A DNA stretch of 64,000 bases. Source: Chrysomallon squamiferum (taxonomy: Eukaryota; Animalia; Mollusca). The number at the start of each line of letters is the position of its first letter. The first letter of the stretch is position 1. The notes under the pieces are model-generated. The model worked only from the letters and a program-made list of their open reading frames with translations, had not been told where the DNA came from and ran no database searches. Location of the stretch: assembly GCA_012295275.1 (NCBI GenBank), contig CM022672.1, positions 1,488,001 through 1,552,000 of the forward strand, read 5' to 3'. Shown in pieces: positions 1 to 11,900 of this stretch. The position numbers were made by a program, and so were the translations under genes.

Positions 1-225
1 TTACTGCATTTTCTTTATTTTATACTTTGGAGTGATGTTTAAAAATAAAACATAAAAACAAAGATGTAAAAAAGCAGTATGAAATTATGCCATAATTATA
101 AATTTACAAGAAACATAATATATATCTGTACAGATGAAAGATTTCCTGGCAGCTTTGCAGTGCTGATATTTGACAGTATCAAAAGTAGTCTATCAATATT
201 CAAAGTTTTATTTTATAAAACTCAC

Positions 226-365
226 CACTTCTACTGAAGTTTCTGCATGCTCTGCAGTCACATGATCGTGTAAAGTAGTTTCTGTGAATCCCATCTTACT
301 ACAAAATGGACAGGTGAAAGACTGGGTTTGTTCGGCAGTCAAAGCTTCTCCCCCATAATAAATAT
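226..365 (-). CDS. KCMF1: KCMF1 exon 3 (C2H2-type finger)
   Basis: tttag acceptor, 140 nt, [30 protein letters not shown] donor. Confidence 0.95.
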
Positions 366-2790
366 CTAAAAACACAACAAAGTGGAGAAATTTAACACAT
401 TAATTAAAGATGCACATACCTTAATCATTGCTGTTATTCAATACTACAAAGAATATTATGCTATCAAAGCAGAAAATTAATACATTTTTGTTTTTAATAG
501 ACAATTTAACATTTATTTTTCAAATGGAAGTTTGAAAGATACAAATTTATGCATCAAATGCTTTTATTATCAGTAATTCGAGTACTGAATTCCTAGTGAA
601 TATTCATCTTTAAAAGAAAAAAATATAGTGACAAAATATATACTTATTTATACAATTTCAATCACAGAAAAAACAAAACAAGAAAAATAGAATGTGATAC
701 CAACAATAATAATACTTTAAATGAAATGAATCAATTTGCAAATTAAAAAAAATCACTGGTAAACTCCCATTTTTGGTGGCAAAATACAACCAACCCCTTT
801 AAGCCTAATAAATACATTCTAATACAACCAAAACTAAAAGGAAATACACAAAGATGAAAGAAATGAAATCTCAAACTTACCAAAATCTGTTCTTGTCAAA
901 ATACATTGTACAGGATGATCAGGTGTATGTCGGGTAGTTGTGGCTCCAGCTTCATAACATGTCGAACACAGGTCATAATCATAGCAGATAAGACATTTAT
1001 ATCTACGTCCACGAAAATTTCCCTTTAAGCAAGAATCACAACTAACACCTGCAAATTAGAATAAATGAATTATGCATTTAATGATGAAAGTTCAGATTTT
1101 ATAATTTTGTAATATATTTTAAACTCAGCAATGTCAGATTCACAAATATAAATATATATATATAAAGCATGCAACAGAAGATTCAAAGCACAATAAAAAC
1201 ATTCAAAATAACTATGTGAAACTTGTAAGCCATAAATGATCCAACAACATTTTGTTCACATTTGCTTGGTTTTAAATGCAAAATATGATCAAAAATTACT
1301 TATAAAAATTGAAAGAGCAGCTCATCAATAGACTACAATAAATCTCTTTATTATTACCTTGACAGTTATAAAAGTTTTAAGTATATATATATTTTCCTTT
1401 TCTATCTTACTGAAAAATGTACTACTTTTTTAACAAACTTTTCTCTGTGATTACTTCATACAATGCCATTGTCAAAGTTACTGGTTTTTTTTTTTTTAAA
1501 TGTAACAGCTAATTATGTCCTTATTTTTAATTTAAAAAGATTACAATACACAAACAGTTACTAGTAAAGAGTAATTCTGTTATCTCTGTATAATCCCACA
1601 ATAACAATATCTATCGTCCTCCATTTAACAACTATTAGAAATAATGTAATATAATAAGCCTATTCATCACATTAAAAAAATACCTTTCATAAGACTCATA
1701 TCCTGTAACATTTTGCAATATAAACAAGACTTTATATTCTGAAGTAATAAATTATTGTCTAGAACAAATAGAAATTATCTGAATACACTTATTATACATT
1801 AAATGTTATTTTAAAGAGTGCCAATTCTGAAACAGAAAATGTACATACAGCAAACAAAATGAAACATTAGTTTGGGTGTTACCAAATAATCACATTATTT
1901 CAATCATTATTAAACCATTATCATACTATTTCTTTTCTCAAAATGAACATCCATTTGTATGTGCAGGTAGTACTGATCCAGATAATACAATATGCATTGC
2001 AATATACTTTTTTTGTTCTTCTTCTTCATTGAAAGAAAGACAAATTTTCTTTTTAAAGCACACTACAGATTTTAATTATAATTAAGTCATTGTACTTTTC
2101 TAAAATTATACACATTACATCTTTAATATTTATTTTTAATTTAAGTACTATAATAAGGTAATAATAATATATATTTTATTATTCAGTCAAATTACATGAT
2201 TTGTGTCATTTTCTTTTAGGACTTTTCAGCAACAGAACGTCAGCTATCAAGTTAAAATATTACAGTACTATAATTTAATAACATTTTCTTATTTGTCACT
2301 TCATTTATTATTCTATCGTTCAGAAAAACAAAACAAAGAGAATAAATTCAGTAAATGAACAAGGATTCAAATGTAACTTTGTTTTTATCAATATATTATT
2401 TTCTGAAATGTTTATTTCGTTAGATAGTATCTAAATAGCCATGTGTTTCACAGTGGACTTTTTTTAAATTTTGTTTAAAAAAATAATAATAATAAAACGT
2501 CTTTTAAGTACTGCTTAACAAGTTGCAACCACCAAATGATATCGGAACTGTGTTTTCACTCTGAAAAAAAGAAATTATCGTTTCTACTTCCGGGAAAAAT
2601 CATATCATTAGAAACCGAATCTACATTATGAAAAATACATCAAAATACTAAACAAAAATGTTAAATTAATTTATTAACGTGCATTTGCTACTTAGGTAGC
2701 TCCAGAACAATCTGATAAATACGCATGAACTAAAGAAATGTTAGCCATTTTGAGGCAAATGACACCATACCAACCTTCATGACGGGACAT
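226..2790 (-). CDS. KCMF1: E3 ubiquitin ligase KCMF1 (ZZ zinc finger + C2H2/Di19-type finger), 5' part; gene continues off the left edge
   Basis: Splicing exons 2775-2790, 881-1048 and 226-365 gives [108 protein letters not shown]. This is nearly identical to the KCMF1 N-terminus as I recall it. Junctions are GT-AG with consistent phases. Confidence 0.96.
881..1048 (-). CDS. KCMF1: KCMF1 exon 2 (ZZ zinc finger)
   Basis: tttgcag acceptor, 168 nt, [33 protein letters not shown] donor. Confidence 0.96.
2775..2790 (-). CDS. KCMF1: KCMF1 coding exon 1 (MSRHE+G)
   Basis: ATG TCC CGT CAT GAA G followed by donor GTTGGT; phase 1 matches exon 2. Confidence 0.88.
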
Positions 2791-3702
2791 TGTAGCCAAA
2801 GGAACTTAATATGGGGGAGAATCGCAGCCTACACCAAATAAAATTCAGTTTTACAGTGTAATATAACAAACTGTCTATAAACAACAAATTCGGCAAAAAG
2901 ATTTCTAAAGACTTTTCATTTCTGCATTCTAATGTACATTCAGCTTGAGGAGGCCATGATGACGTCACACCAAATCTCATACATTGCTGTTACTTGCGAG
3001 ATTGATTAATTACTAATATTAATGTTGGAAATAACAATATTATACTTTTACATACTAGATTTAATAAACTAATATTAAAAGCAATAAAAATGATCGGTTT
3101 CTTCTCTCAAAACGTGCCTTCCAAATGGACTATTGGTAAATACCGAAAACGACCGACATTCATTTCTATAATTGCGATAGTAAACATTATTCATGCAGTT
3201 TGGTTAATATTCGCGTTTGTAAATCGCTTGTTGACTGAAATACGTTTATTCTGTAATGTTACAATAAGGTTATTCATATATTATTTATATTTCTTATTCA
3301 TAAAGAATTTGTTAAAACGAAAGTTGATCCAAATTAATGTGTTTGTAATAATTATTCCTAAAATATATATTTCATAAAGTATATGTTAAAGAATAAAGTC
3401 ATTTCTTCTGGCCAATTTTTGGTGTGCTGTAAAACATTTTTCAAGTCTTATTCTGAAAGTACTGTTCAAAAAAGATACTTATTAAGAATGTATGTGCTAT
3501 ATGTTTTACTGAATATACAGTTTATCAAATTCTTGATTGCAGTAAAAAGAAAATGAAATATATATGATAATTAACTGACAATTTTTATTCACTTAAATAT
3601 TTAATGTGTAGCTGTGCCTATACAACTAAAATATCTAATAAAATTCTTTAAACTTCCAAGTTATTATTTTATTGTTTTGATCAGCATATCATTGATATCA
3701 AT

Positions 3703-3750
<48 letters not shown>

Positions 3751-4437
3751 CATACATGTATATATTGTTTCACCACCAGTTTGCTTCTTTACAACTGGAA
3801 TCGTCACGTCTTCGCATATATGTCGTACTTGTTGATCTATTTTATTGACGCTCTAAGACAATTTAGAACAAACAGATTTTCCCTTTAAGAGAGGACGTCA
3901 CAATTTCATAAACAGCATCGCTCAGATTTTTATTTATTTATTATTATTATTATTATTATTTTCTAATGCACTATTTTGTTGTTGTATTTCGCTGTTAATT
4001 AAGACTGGATGCAAGAAAAGAAATAACATATAATTTGGAAGAATGCTGAGGTATCGCTTAAAATAGTTCCATGTTTATTATAATCATCAACAGCATCATC
4101 ATTATTACCTAAATATATCCTCCTTATTTGTCCTTCATAATATCGATATTTTTTTATATTTTTTATTATTTTTTTTTTTTTTTTAGTTTAAATATGAAAA
4201 TATGAAATAATTTAAAATGAAGATAAAAAATTACATAGTAACATGCAATGGAAACCAAAAGATATTTCACTCAGATATAATAGCAATAATAAGGTGGTTT
4301 TTTTTTTAAAGATTTGCGGTACTTCACAAGCATTCATCAAATACAAAATGAACAGAAACTGGTCTTTTGATATCCGGTTTCTTTTAGCAGGCCGAGTGCA
4401 CCGGTGTGGAGTTGTAAGATTACAATAACGCGAAAAG

Positions 4438-4524
4438 ATGGCTACTCAAGGTCGTATTTTGATTTATGGTGGAAAAGGTGCACTGGGATCAGCGTGCGTC
4501 AAGTATTTCAAGATGCAAAACTTT
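4438..4524 (+). CDS. QDPR: QDPR exon 1
   Basis: [29 protein letters not shown], then GTTAGT donor. Confidence 0.93.
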
Positions 4525-6201
4525 GTTAGTTATTTGTTTTAAATATAAATAAATGAAACGGAGCTTAATATAACTAATTAGTAATTAAAACTTGAACTTA
4601 ATCTGAATCTTGGTTAACATATGATATGATTATATGTTGTCGGTTCATTTTGTTATTTGATAATTGCTGATGAAGTAAAAAAATAATAATATTGTTTGAC
4701 AGTAACAGGAAGTGAATGAGATCGATTTCACTGGGCTTGGCATTTGACTTTGGTTATTTCAAAGTATGTATGTGAAAAAGATGTGCGACACTGCCGGTCG
4801 GCCGATTGTTGTGACGAGTCTTTGCTTACTTCTAAGACTGTCCCTTACTCGCGTTTCTGTTTCAACATTATTTTTACATAATTTCAAAAACAACAAATAT
4901 CACAGTAGACATATTCAGCTTCAACATAGTATTCATTTTTTGATATATCATTGCTGATAAACAGCTGAGAACCAATAGTTACGTTTCAAAATGTAAGTTT
5001 ATTTGTGTCTTCATATTAAGCATTTCTCTCATAGTCTATTCATACAAATATTTAGTGTGACAGACAGGTACTTTTGGATACCAAAATGAGTGGTGTTCTT
5101 GGTAAACAATGCAGCCACAGCTGATGTCATACAAGATTGATGTCACATTTATTTTATTGAGTGACCAAGTATTTATGTGTAAAAAATGAATGTTTGCAAA
5201 ATACTTGATTATGTAAAGGTTCAGTCATGAAAAACGATTTTTTTTTCATATTGATTTAATTTCTGTGGAGTTTTGGAGAATTACATAATTAAGGTATGCA
5301 GTAAATTTGAGTTAGTATGATTAATTAACCAAAATTCATAAGTATTAGCAACTTGCTTTAAAATACAGTACAGCTTTAGAACTCATCAAAAGCTTCATTT
5401 TGGTACATAATACTTGTATACTGGGTTAAAACTATATAAGATATCCAGTATTTATGTTGCAAAATGCAGAAATGATTCAGTTTCTCTGTAGATTATGATT
5501 GAAAAATACCTGCAAATTTAATTTCAATAAAAATTTGTAATTTTTTCCATATCAGTGCTATCAAAGAGATCTTGGTGTCATTTTAAAATGCTTTTTTCTT
5601 TTTTTCTTCTTTTTTTCTTTTTCTAATGATACATAATGTTTTAGGAAAATAATTATCTTGGACATTTTGTCACATACTTTGATATTCAAACATAATTGTT
5701 AATTATCTTTTTATGCTTGTAGAAGTAGTATGAATAGACAGCATAAAAAACCCCTTAAAAATGAAATGAGATTTAATGATTTATAAATTCAGGTTTTAAT
5801 ATGTTTCACATCGTACAAGTTTATGTTTCCGAGTCTGACAGTTTCTTGGTCCTATAATTTGTGTTATCACACTTAATAGTTATTATCTGTCATGTTGGCC
5901 ATATTATTTACCTCCCTTTGGGAGAATGAACCCTGAAGAAACAAATATGAAGCAGCAAAAAGCATCGTAAAAAGGATGCTGAACATGATGGCAGTGACTT
6001 GAGATAATTTTACTAATTTCATAAATGTTATTTTAAATATTGTAAAAAAAAAAAAAAAAAATTATCCTATTTACTTTAAAAAAAAAAATAAAAAATTAAA
6101 TCAAGGCATCAAAATTAATTGTACATTTAAAAATTCAGATTAAATTTTATGTAATTATACAGTGTATGTTTCGAAGAAAATTTGATGCCATAATCACAAA
6201 C

Positions 6202-6238
<37 letters not shown>

Positions 6239-8447
6239 CCAAAAAATTTAATCATAAATTTAATTATAAATTATGAGTTATCTGTTACAAAGAATTACCA
6301 TCACTGTATACGAAAAATGTTTTAATATATCTCAAATTTTATAATTTCCATAATTTATTTTATATCCTTTGTAATGCCACACTATAAAGAACCAAAAATC
6401 CCCCCAAAAGTCTAGGATGGAATGTATATATAATTATAGATAAACAGAGAGATAGATACAGATATATGGACTTTATTTTATTATTTTCCAAACAACAGCA
6501 GAAATTACAAATTCCAAATAATTTCCTTACAATGATTAAATAATATATAATAATCATAAAATAAAAACAGAAGACATTTATGATATTATGATAAAATCGT
6601 AATATATAATAATAATAAGAAAATAAATGTTACTAGTTAAACTGTGCATTTCATTAATGATCTAAGTATGAGTCTTTGACTTGAGATTTGTCATTAACTT
6701 CAGACATTTTTGTTTCTTCAGTGGGTTGGATCCATAGACCTAACACCAAATGAAGATGCTGATGCCAATATTGTTGTGAAGCCTGCCAATACATGGATGG
6801 AACAGGAAGAAGAAGTAAACAAAAGTGTTGAAAGTGTTCTGGGAGATAACAAAATAGATGCTCTGTTATGTGTTGCAGGAGGATGGGCTGGTGGCAATGC
6901 TGGTTCCAAAGGTAATCTCAGTTTGAAAATTATTTTTACTTTAATCTGATTTCTTTCATGAATTTTTTTTTTTTTTTTTTTGTACCATTTTGGCCAACAA
7001 AATGGAAAATGTGTTTTTCGTGGAAAATGTAAGCCGTACTGTCTTCCTTTTCTTTGTGATTGTATAATAATTAGAAATTTTAATGATACTCAGATTTCAC
7101 TTTTCTTTCTTGTTGCAGATTTAGTTAAGAATTCTGATATGATGTGGAAACAAAGTGTTTGGACTTCAGTTATATCTGCTGGTTTGGCTGCTAAACATTT
7201 AAAGGAAGGAGGAGTACTCTCACTCCCTGGAGCTGCTCCTGCTGTCAGTGGGACACCAGGTGAGTTTATGCGTCTTGTTTAATAAAACTTTAATGGTTAA
7301 GTTCAGTTTATATATATATTGGTTTTTGGATGTTGAATGTGTAACAGGTTTGATTTTTTACAAAATTCCTTAGTATTTGAAATTGGTGGTAAAAAATTGT
7401 AGATATTTTATTTTTTTATTTATTTTTTTATTTATTTTTTAATTATTATCATTTTTTAATTTAATTTTTTTTATTTTATTTTATTTTTATTTTTTTTATT
7501 CAATTTTTTTTTATTATATTTAATTTTTTTTTTTATTGTTGTTTTTTTACCTAATTTTCTTGTAAAGTTAATATTTTAAATATCAATTTATTTACATTTT
7601 TGTTTGTTTATCTTAGGTATGATTGGGTATGGTTTGGCCAAGGCTGCAGTCCATCAGCTGGTGAAGAGTTTATCAGGAAAGAACAGTGGACTACCTCAGA
7701 ATGCCTTTGTAGCTGCAACACTGCCGTAAGTTTTCACACAAAGAAAATTTATTTTAAAAATACATTCGTTTATAATCTATTAAAATGATTGTGCATTCAG
7801 CTATAATCCATCCCAGTTCTGCAGGTTTATCTAAGGCCATGGAACCTGCTTTCCTTTCTCGGCAAAGGGGCATGTTATTCTTGCTAATAATCAAATTATC
7901 ATCATACAGCATCAGCATGTTTTTACTCTTTTTATCTTTTTGATGACCCTTGACCATTATGTTTGACACTGTGTAACTTGACTGTTCAAAAATGTTTCAT
8001 GTATTTCATTAATTAAAGCATGTCATCTTTTCAAAAATGCATTTCAACCAACATCTCAGCAGATACATGAAGTGTTGATCCTTTTATTTGTTTAAATAAA
8101 ATTAATAAATGTTAACAAAGTTAGAAGGAAAAAGACAACTATTAATATTAAATTATTTTTAATGATTAATGTTTTTGTGTATGAGTGCATCAAAAAGCAT
8201 TTCAAATCTTTTCAGTGTTACCTTAGATACACCAATGAATAGAAAATTTATGGCTAATGCTGACTTCTCAACATGGACACCACTTGAATTTATTGCTGAG
8301 TAAGTTACTATTTTGACATATCTATACATTATACATATAAATAGTTTTTAAAACAGAAATGAAATAGGTTCTCAATGTAAAAGAACTGGCTGAATGTTGT
8401 TCAGACAAAAATTATCATATTTATCTCTTGTTTATTTTTTTATTTTA

Positions 8448-8505
<58 letters not shown>

Positions 8506-8887
8506 TTTATTTATCTTCATTTGATGATTATATATTGATTCTGTTAATAAAGTTAAACAACTAATAGTTGTGGCAATTTGAAGAGCAGTTGCTATGAAAC
8601 ATAATTATATTCATTGTGTGTGTGTCCATGCACACCTCCTGATATCAAAGACATAATAACAATATTTTAATATTTAGTTTTAAAAAATAAACTGGGAATT
8701 ATCAAATAAATATGGATCTATTTAAATGGGACCTGTACATGTTGGAGAAAGTGTATGTGTTTGCATATGTTCATGTATTTTGCTTTACAGATTGTTTCAC
8801 AAATGGCTGAAAGGCGAACGTCCCCCAAACGGAAGCCTTGTCAAGATTGTTACAAAAGACAGCAAAACAGAAACCATTAATCTTTAA
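4438..8887 (+). CDS. QDPR: Dihydropteridine reductase (quinoid), complete, 6 exons, 235 aa
   Basis: Exons 4438-4524, 6722-6911, 7119-7259, 7617-7725, 8216-8299 and 8791-8887 sum to 708 nt in frame. Motifs: Rossmann [32 protein letters not shown], catalytic YGLAK (YxxxK), [22 protein letters not shown]. Confidence 0.97.
5215..5935. mobile_element. Possible degraded non-autonomous DNA transposon in QDPR intron 1
   Basis: Imperfect inverted ends: AAGGTTCAGTC at about 5217 and GAATGAACCCT at about 5924. No ORF and no clear target-site duplication. Confidence 0.2.
6722..6911 (+). CDS. QDPR: QDPR exon 2
   Basis: ttcttcag acceptor; WVGSIDL...[14 protein letters not shown]; GTAATC donor; 190 nt. 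Confidence 0.95.
7119..7259 (+). CDS. QDPR: QDPR exon 3
   Basis: ttgcag acceptor; [16 protein letters not shown]...SGTP; GTGAGT donor; 141 nt. Confidence 0.95.
7617..7725 (+). CDS. QDPR: QDPR exon 4 (catalytic YxxxK)
   Basis: [18 protein letters not shown]...ATLP; GTAAGT donor; 109 nt. Confidence 0.95.
8216..8299 (+). CDS. QDPR: QDPR exon 5
   Basis: [28 protein letters not shown]; GTAAGT donor; 84 nt. Confidence 0.95.
8791..8887 (+). CDS. QDPR: QDPR exon 6 (terminal coding exon)
   Basis: tttacag acceptor; [31 protein letters not shown], then TAA at 8885-8887. Confidence 0.93.
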
Positions 8888-8956
8888 TTGTGTTAGAACC
8901 ATCATAGCATAGCATTTTTATCATAAATGTCTTTAAGCTGGACTTATTCATTAGCT

Positions 8957-8962
8957 AATAAA
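8957..8962 (+). terminator. Candidate QDPR polyadenylation signal
   Basis: First AATAAA, about 70 nt after the stop. The AT-rich background makes this non-unique. Confidence 0.4.
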
Positions 8963-11900
8963 ACATAGCCTGAGTTTTTAAAAGAATTTAGATATATAAT
9001 GTTAAAAGTTAAGTGTCTTAATATTCGTAATAACAGTAATTTTTATTACTCATCTGGTTTATATTTATGTAAAACATGGATGTGTAGTTCGTTTCAGTTT
9101 AGATAGGTGCAGAACAAAGAAATATAGCTCTGTGTGTAATCAGTTACGATGGTAATTCTTTGACATAGGTTTCTACAAACTTGAATCCAGTAACAGTTAT
9201 TTTGTTAGTAAGGTACAAAATTCAATGCTTAATAGGACAGTAGATATAAATATTTTTCAGAGATAAAAAATAGAGTGTGTTAGTTTATAGACGAGATTGC
9301 TCTGAGGTTATTGGAATACATGTTTTAAATAGACTAATTATAGTTATATCTGCTATGAATTTTATAACCATTGAAGTAAATTTAGAAATTAACATTCTGT
9401 TTTTTGCAGTTAACTTCACAATTAATGTTTCAAATGTCTAAAGATTTAATAAATTAATTAAAATCTCTGACAGTAATAATGCATTTGCCCATTATTTGCT
9501 GCATTTTTTTCTAAGCATTTCTAGAAAATTGTTTTTATTATTGTTAGATACAGAAATCATTTTTTTCTAGTCGTTTGTTATGGTGGAAAAATGGACACAA
9601 TAAATATATATATATATAGCTTTAAAAAAAAAAAAAAACTATATTTTTTTATAAAAATACATTTTTCAAATATTAAGCAGAACTTCTAATTTGAAGGTTA
9701 GATTAGGAATATATTGGTTAAAAACTTTAAAAAAAAAAAACCCAAAAACAACACATTATCACCATAAAGCTAGCAGATATTCTGTTTTAAGATATCAACC
9801 AGTAAAATATTCTATTCAGTCAGAAATAAAAGTTTTTGGATTTTTAATTAATATGAGAATTTTGAACTTGACTGTTTATTTACTAATTTGTGCTCTCCAA
9901 GTAAACGATGGTTTTTTAAGTTCACATTTTAAGGTGTAGTTGTATTGTTAGATCCTGCATGGCTTGCTTTTCAAAGTATATCTAGCATATGTGTGACATA
10001 CTCTGTTAAAAATTGTTATTGTTTTGAATTGTTTATCTACAAGTGCAATATCTGAGTTTTGTTTTGAACTAAATTTTCCTCAAATTCTTTTTATTCAGTA
10101 TTTTCTGAAGCTGAAATTAGACTGAATTTTAATAAATATAAAAAATGACTTTTGGTCAGAATTGTATTAATGTTACAATTAAGATACTGAAAATTAGATT
10201 CAACAAAAATTCAATAATTTACATTCCATGAGTTCTTTCAAAATAATGATCATGTTAACATTCCCTGAAATTAAATTAATTTGTTAACTAAGGACTATTC
10301 TAGTCTGAATAGCATGTACATCAAATTTACCATTGTGTTCAGTTAAATTTTATTGTTCGAATACAATTTCCATAAACAAAAATTATTATAATTTAGTGAT
10401 AAATGTCAAATTTACCATTTGAGGTTCATATCAAACCTGACTAGCCATGTAAAGTTTTTGTAACAAGAAATGTGTATAATATATATTTGTATATACATTT
10501 TAATTTTTCTGTGATTTCTATTAAGATGATTGCAGTATTATTTTGATGACTTAATCACAGGCTTTCAAAATTTTATCAAGGGGAAATATTTCAGCACCAA
10601 CCATGGCTAAAAATTAAGAATGTTCATATGAGATAAGCAGAAGGATGTACATAGGTTCCCAGTTCAGCCTTTTGTGATATCATAAAATTATTCAGTAATT
10701 GTTTAACAATAAATACATTTTAATAACAAATGATACAATTTTTCATTTTTAGGCCTTGATGATAAAAACAGACAAAAATTAACAAATAATTTGCAGAGTT
10801 GCCGTTGGCATTTCTGTCTTTTTTTTATTTTAATTTTTTTTTTATATGCTGTTTTTAGCAATGGTTGGACCCCAATAAAGCAAATAATTACATGGAAAAT
10901 ACACAGAATATATTTAAGACAGTTGACAGATTATCTCTACTCACAGCAAAATGTTTTTGTATTCATTATTTTATTTTATTTACTAAAGTTTTAGATTAAG
11001 TTATCCTACCCACTGGCAGCATTTTTGAGTGATCTAACTTAAAGTGTATTATTTGTTTAAATGCATTAACAACACCTTATACATGTTGTTTTGCTGGCAC
11101 ATGCACAGAACACACCTTGAAAGACTGAGTCACTAATTTTATATTTCATATTTGAGACAGTTTGTAACTTCTTGTATTCGCAGATTTTGAAAGTACTCAA
11201 AATGGAACACGAACATTTTGTAAAAACTCATAAAATATTTGGTATCAGTTCATAATTATTAGTGTTGTTGGTAAATAGGTTTTTATTGTTTTGTGAATTG
11301 TTAGGAAAACTCATTGGTGTTTTTTTTTTTTTTTTTTGTTTTTCTTTTAATGAATGAATTTAAATACTTTTGAAATACATTTAGCAGGTTTATTGAAATA
11401 ACCATTCTTTTACAATATATGTTGAAATATATCCAAAAACTTTTTTCTTCTTTTTTCTTTTTTTCTTTTTCTTCTTAAGCATAATCATTGGAATATATCT
11501 TTAATAAACACTGGAAAAAGTGTTCGTTAAAGATTTCAGTGCACATATTTCTGTTAAAAATAATCAAAAGTAGTTTACTATTTAATTATTTTTGCATTGT
11601 TACCAGTTTTCATTTCTTGTTTTTTCTAAATCAGATGGATGTTTTTTTCTCGGTGCCTGTTGCAAAATCTCAAAAATCAGACATTTTTGTCAAAGTTAAT
11701 TTTATTTACTTTGTGCATATCAAAATAATTTATTTAAACAATACAACTTTTACTTGATGCTAAAGTTATATTATTAAAATGACTTTTTTTATAAAACAAA
11801 ATATACTTATTCAAAACATTTATTGATTAAATATGATTGATGTTCATAATTGGTTAAGTAATGTCACTTATATAAGTTTCATATATAAATGCTTATATCA

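Larger units (their letters stand above)
2580..4720. promoter_or_regulatory. Divergent (head-to-head) promoter region between KCMF1 and QDPR
   Basis: The ATGs at 2790(-) and 4438(+) diverge and CpG is locally enriched. Motifs: ETS ACTTCCGG 2586-2593, YY1-like GCCATTTT 2744-2751, CRE TGACGTCA 2960-2967, DRE TATCGATA 4141-4148, ETS CAGGAAGTG 4706-4714. TSS positions cannot be determined. Confidence 0.6.

Noticed and set aside
2765-2774. Alternative KCMF1 donor GTATGG 4 nt downstream of the GTTGGT donor
   Set aside because: It would frameshift the conserved MSRHEG-VSC junction, and there is no evidence it is used.
3090-3835. 95-aa and 73-aa ORFs in the KCMF1-QDPR intergenic region
   Set aside because: Low-complexity I/F/L/Y composition from AT-rich and (TA)n DNA; no splice structure or homology.
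6158-6308. TA-CAGTG ... CACTG-TA, Tc1/mariner MITE-like ends
   Set aside because: The inverted match is only about 9 bp and the interior is poly-T/AT-rich, consistent with chance.
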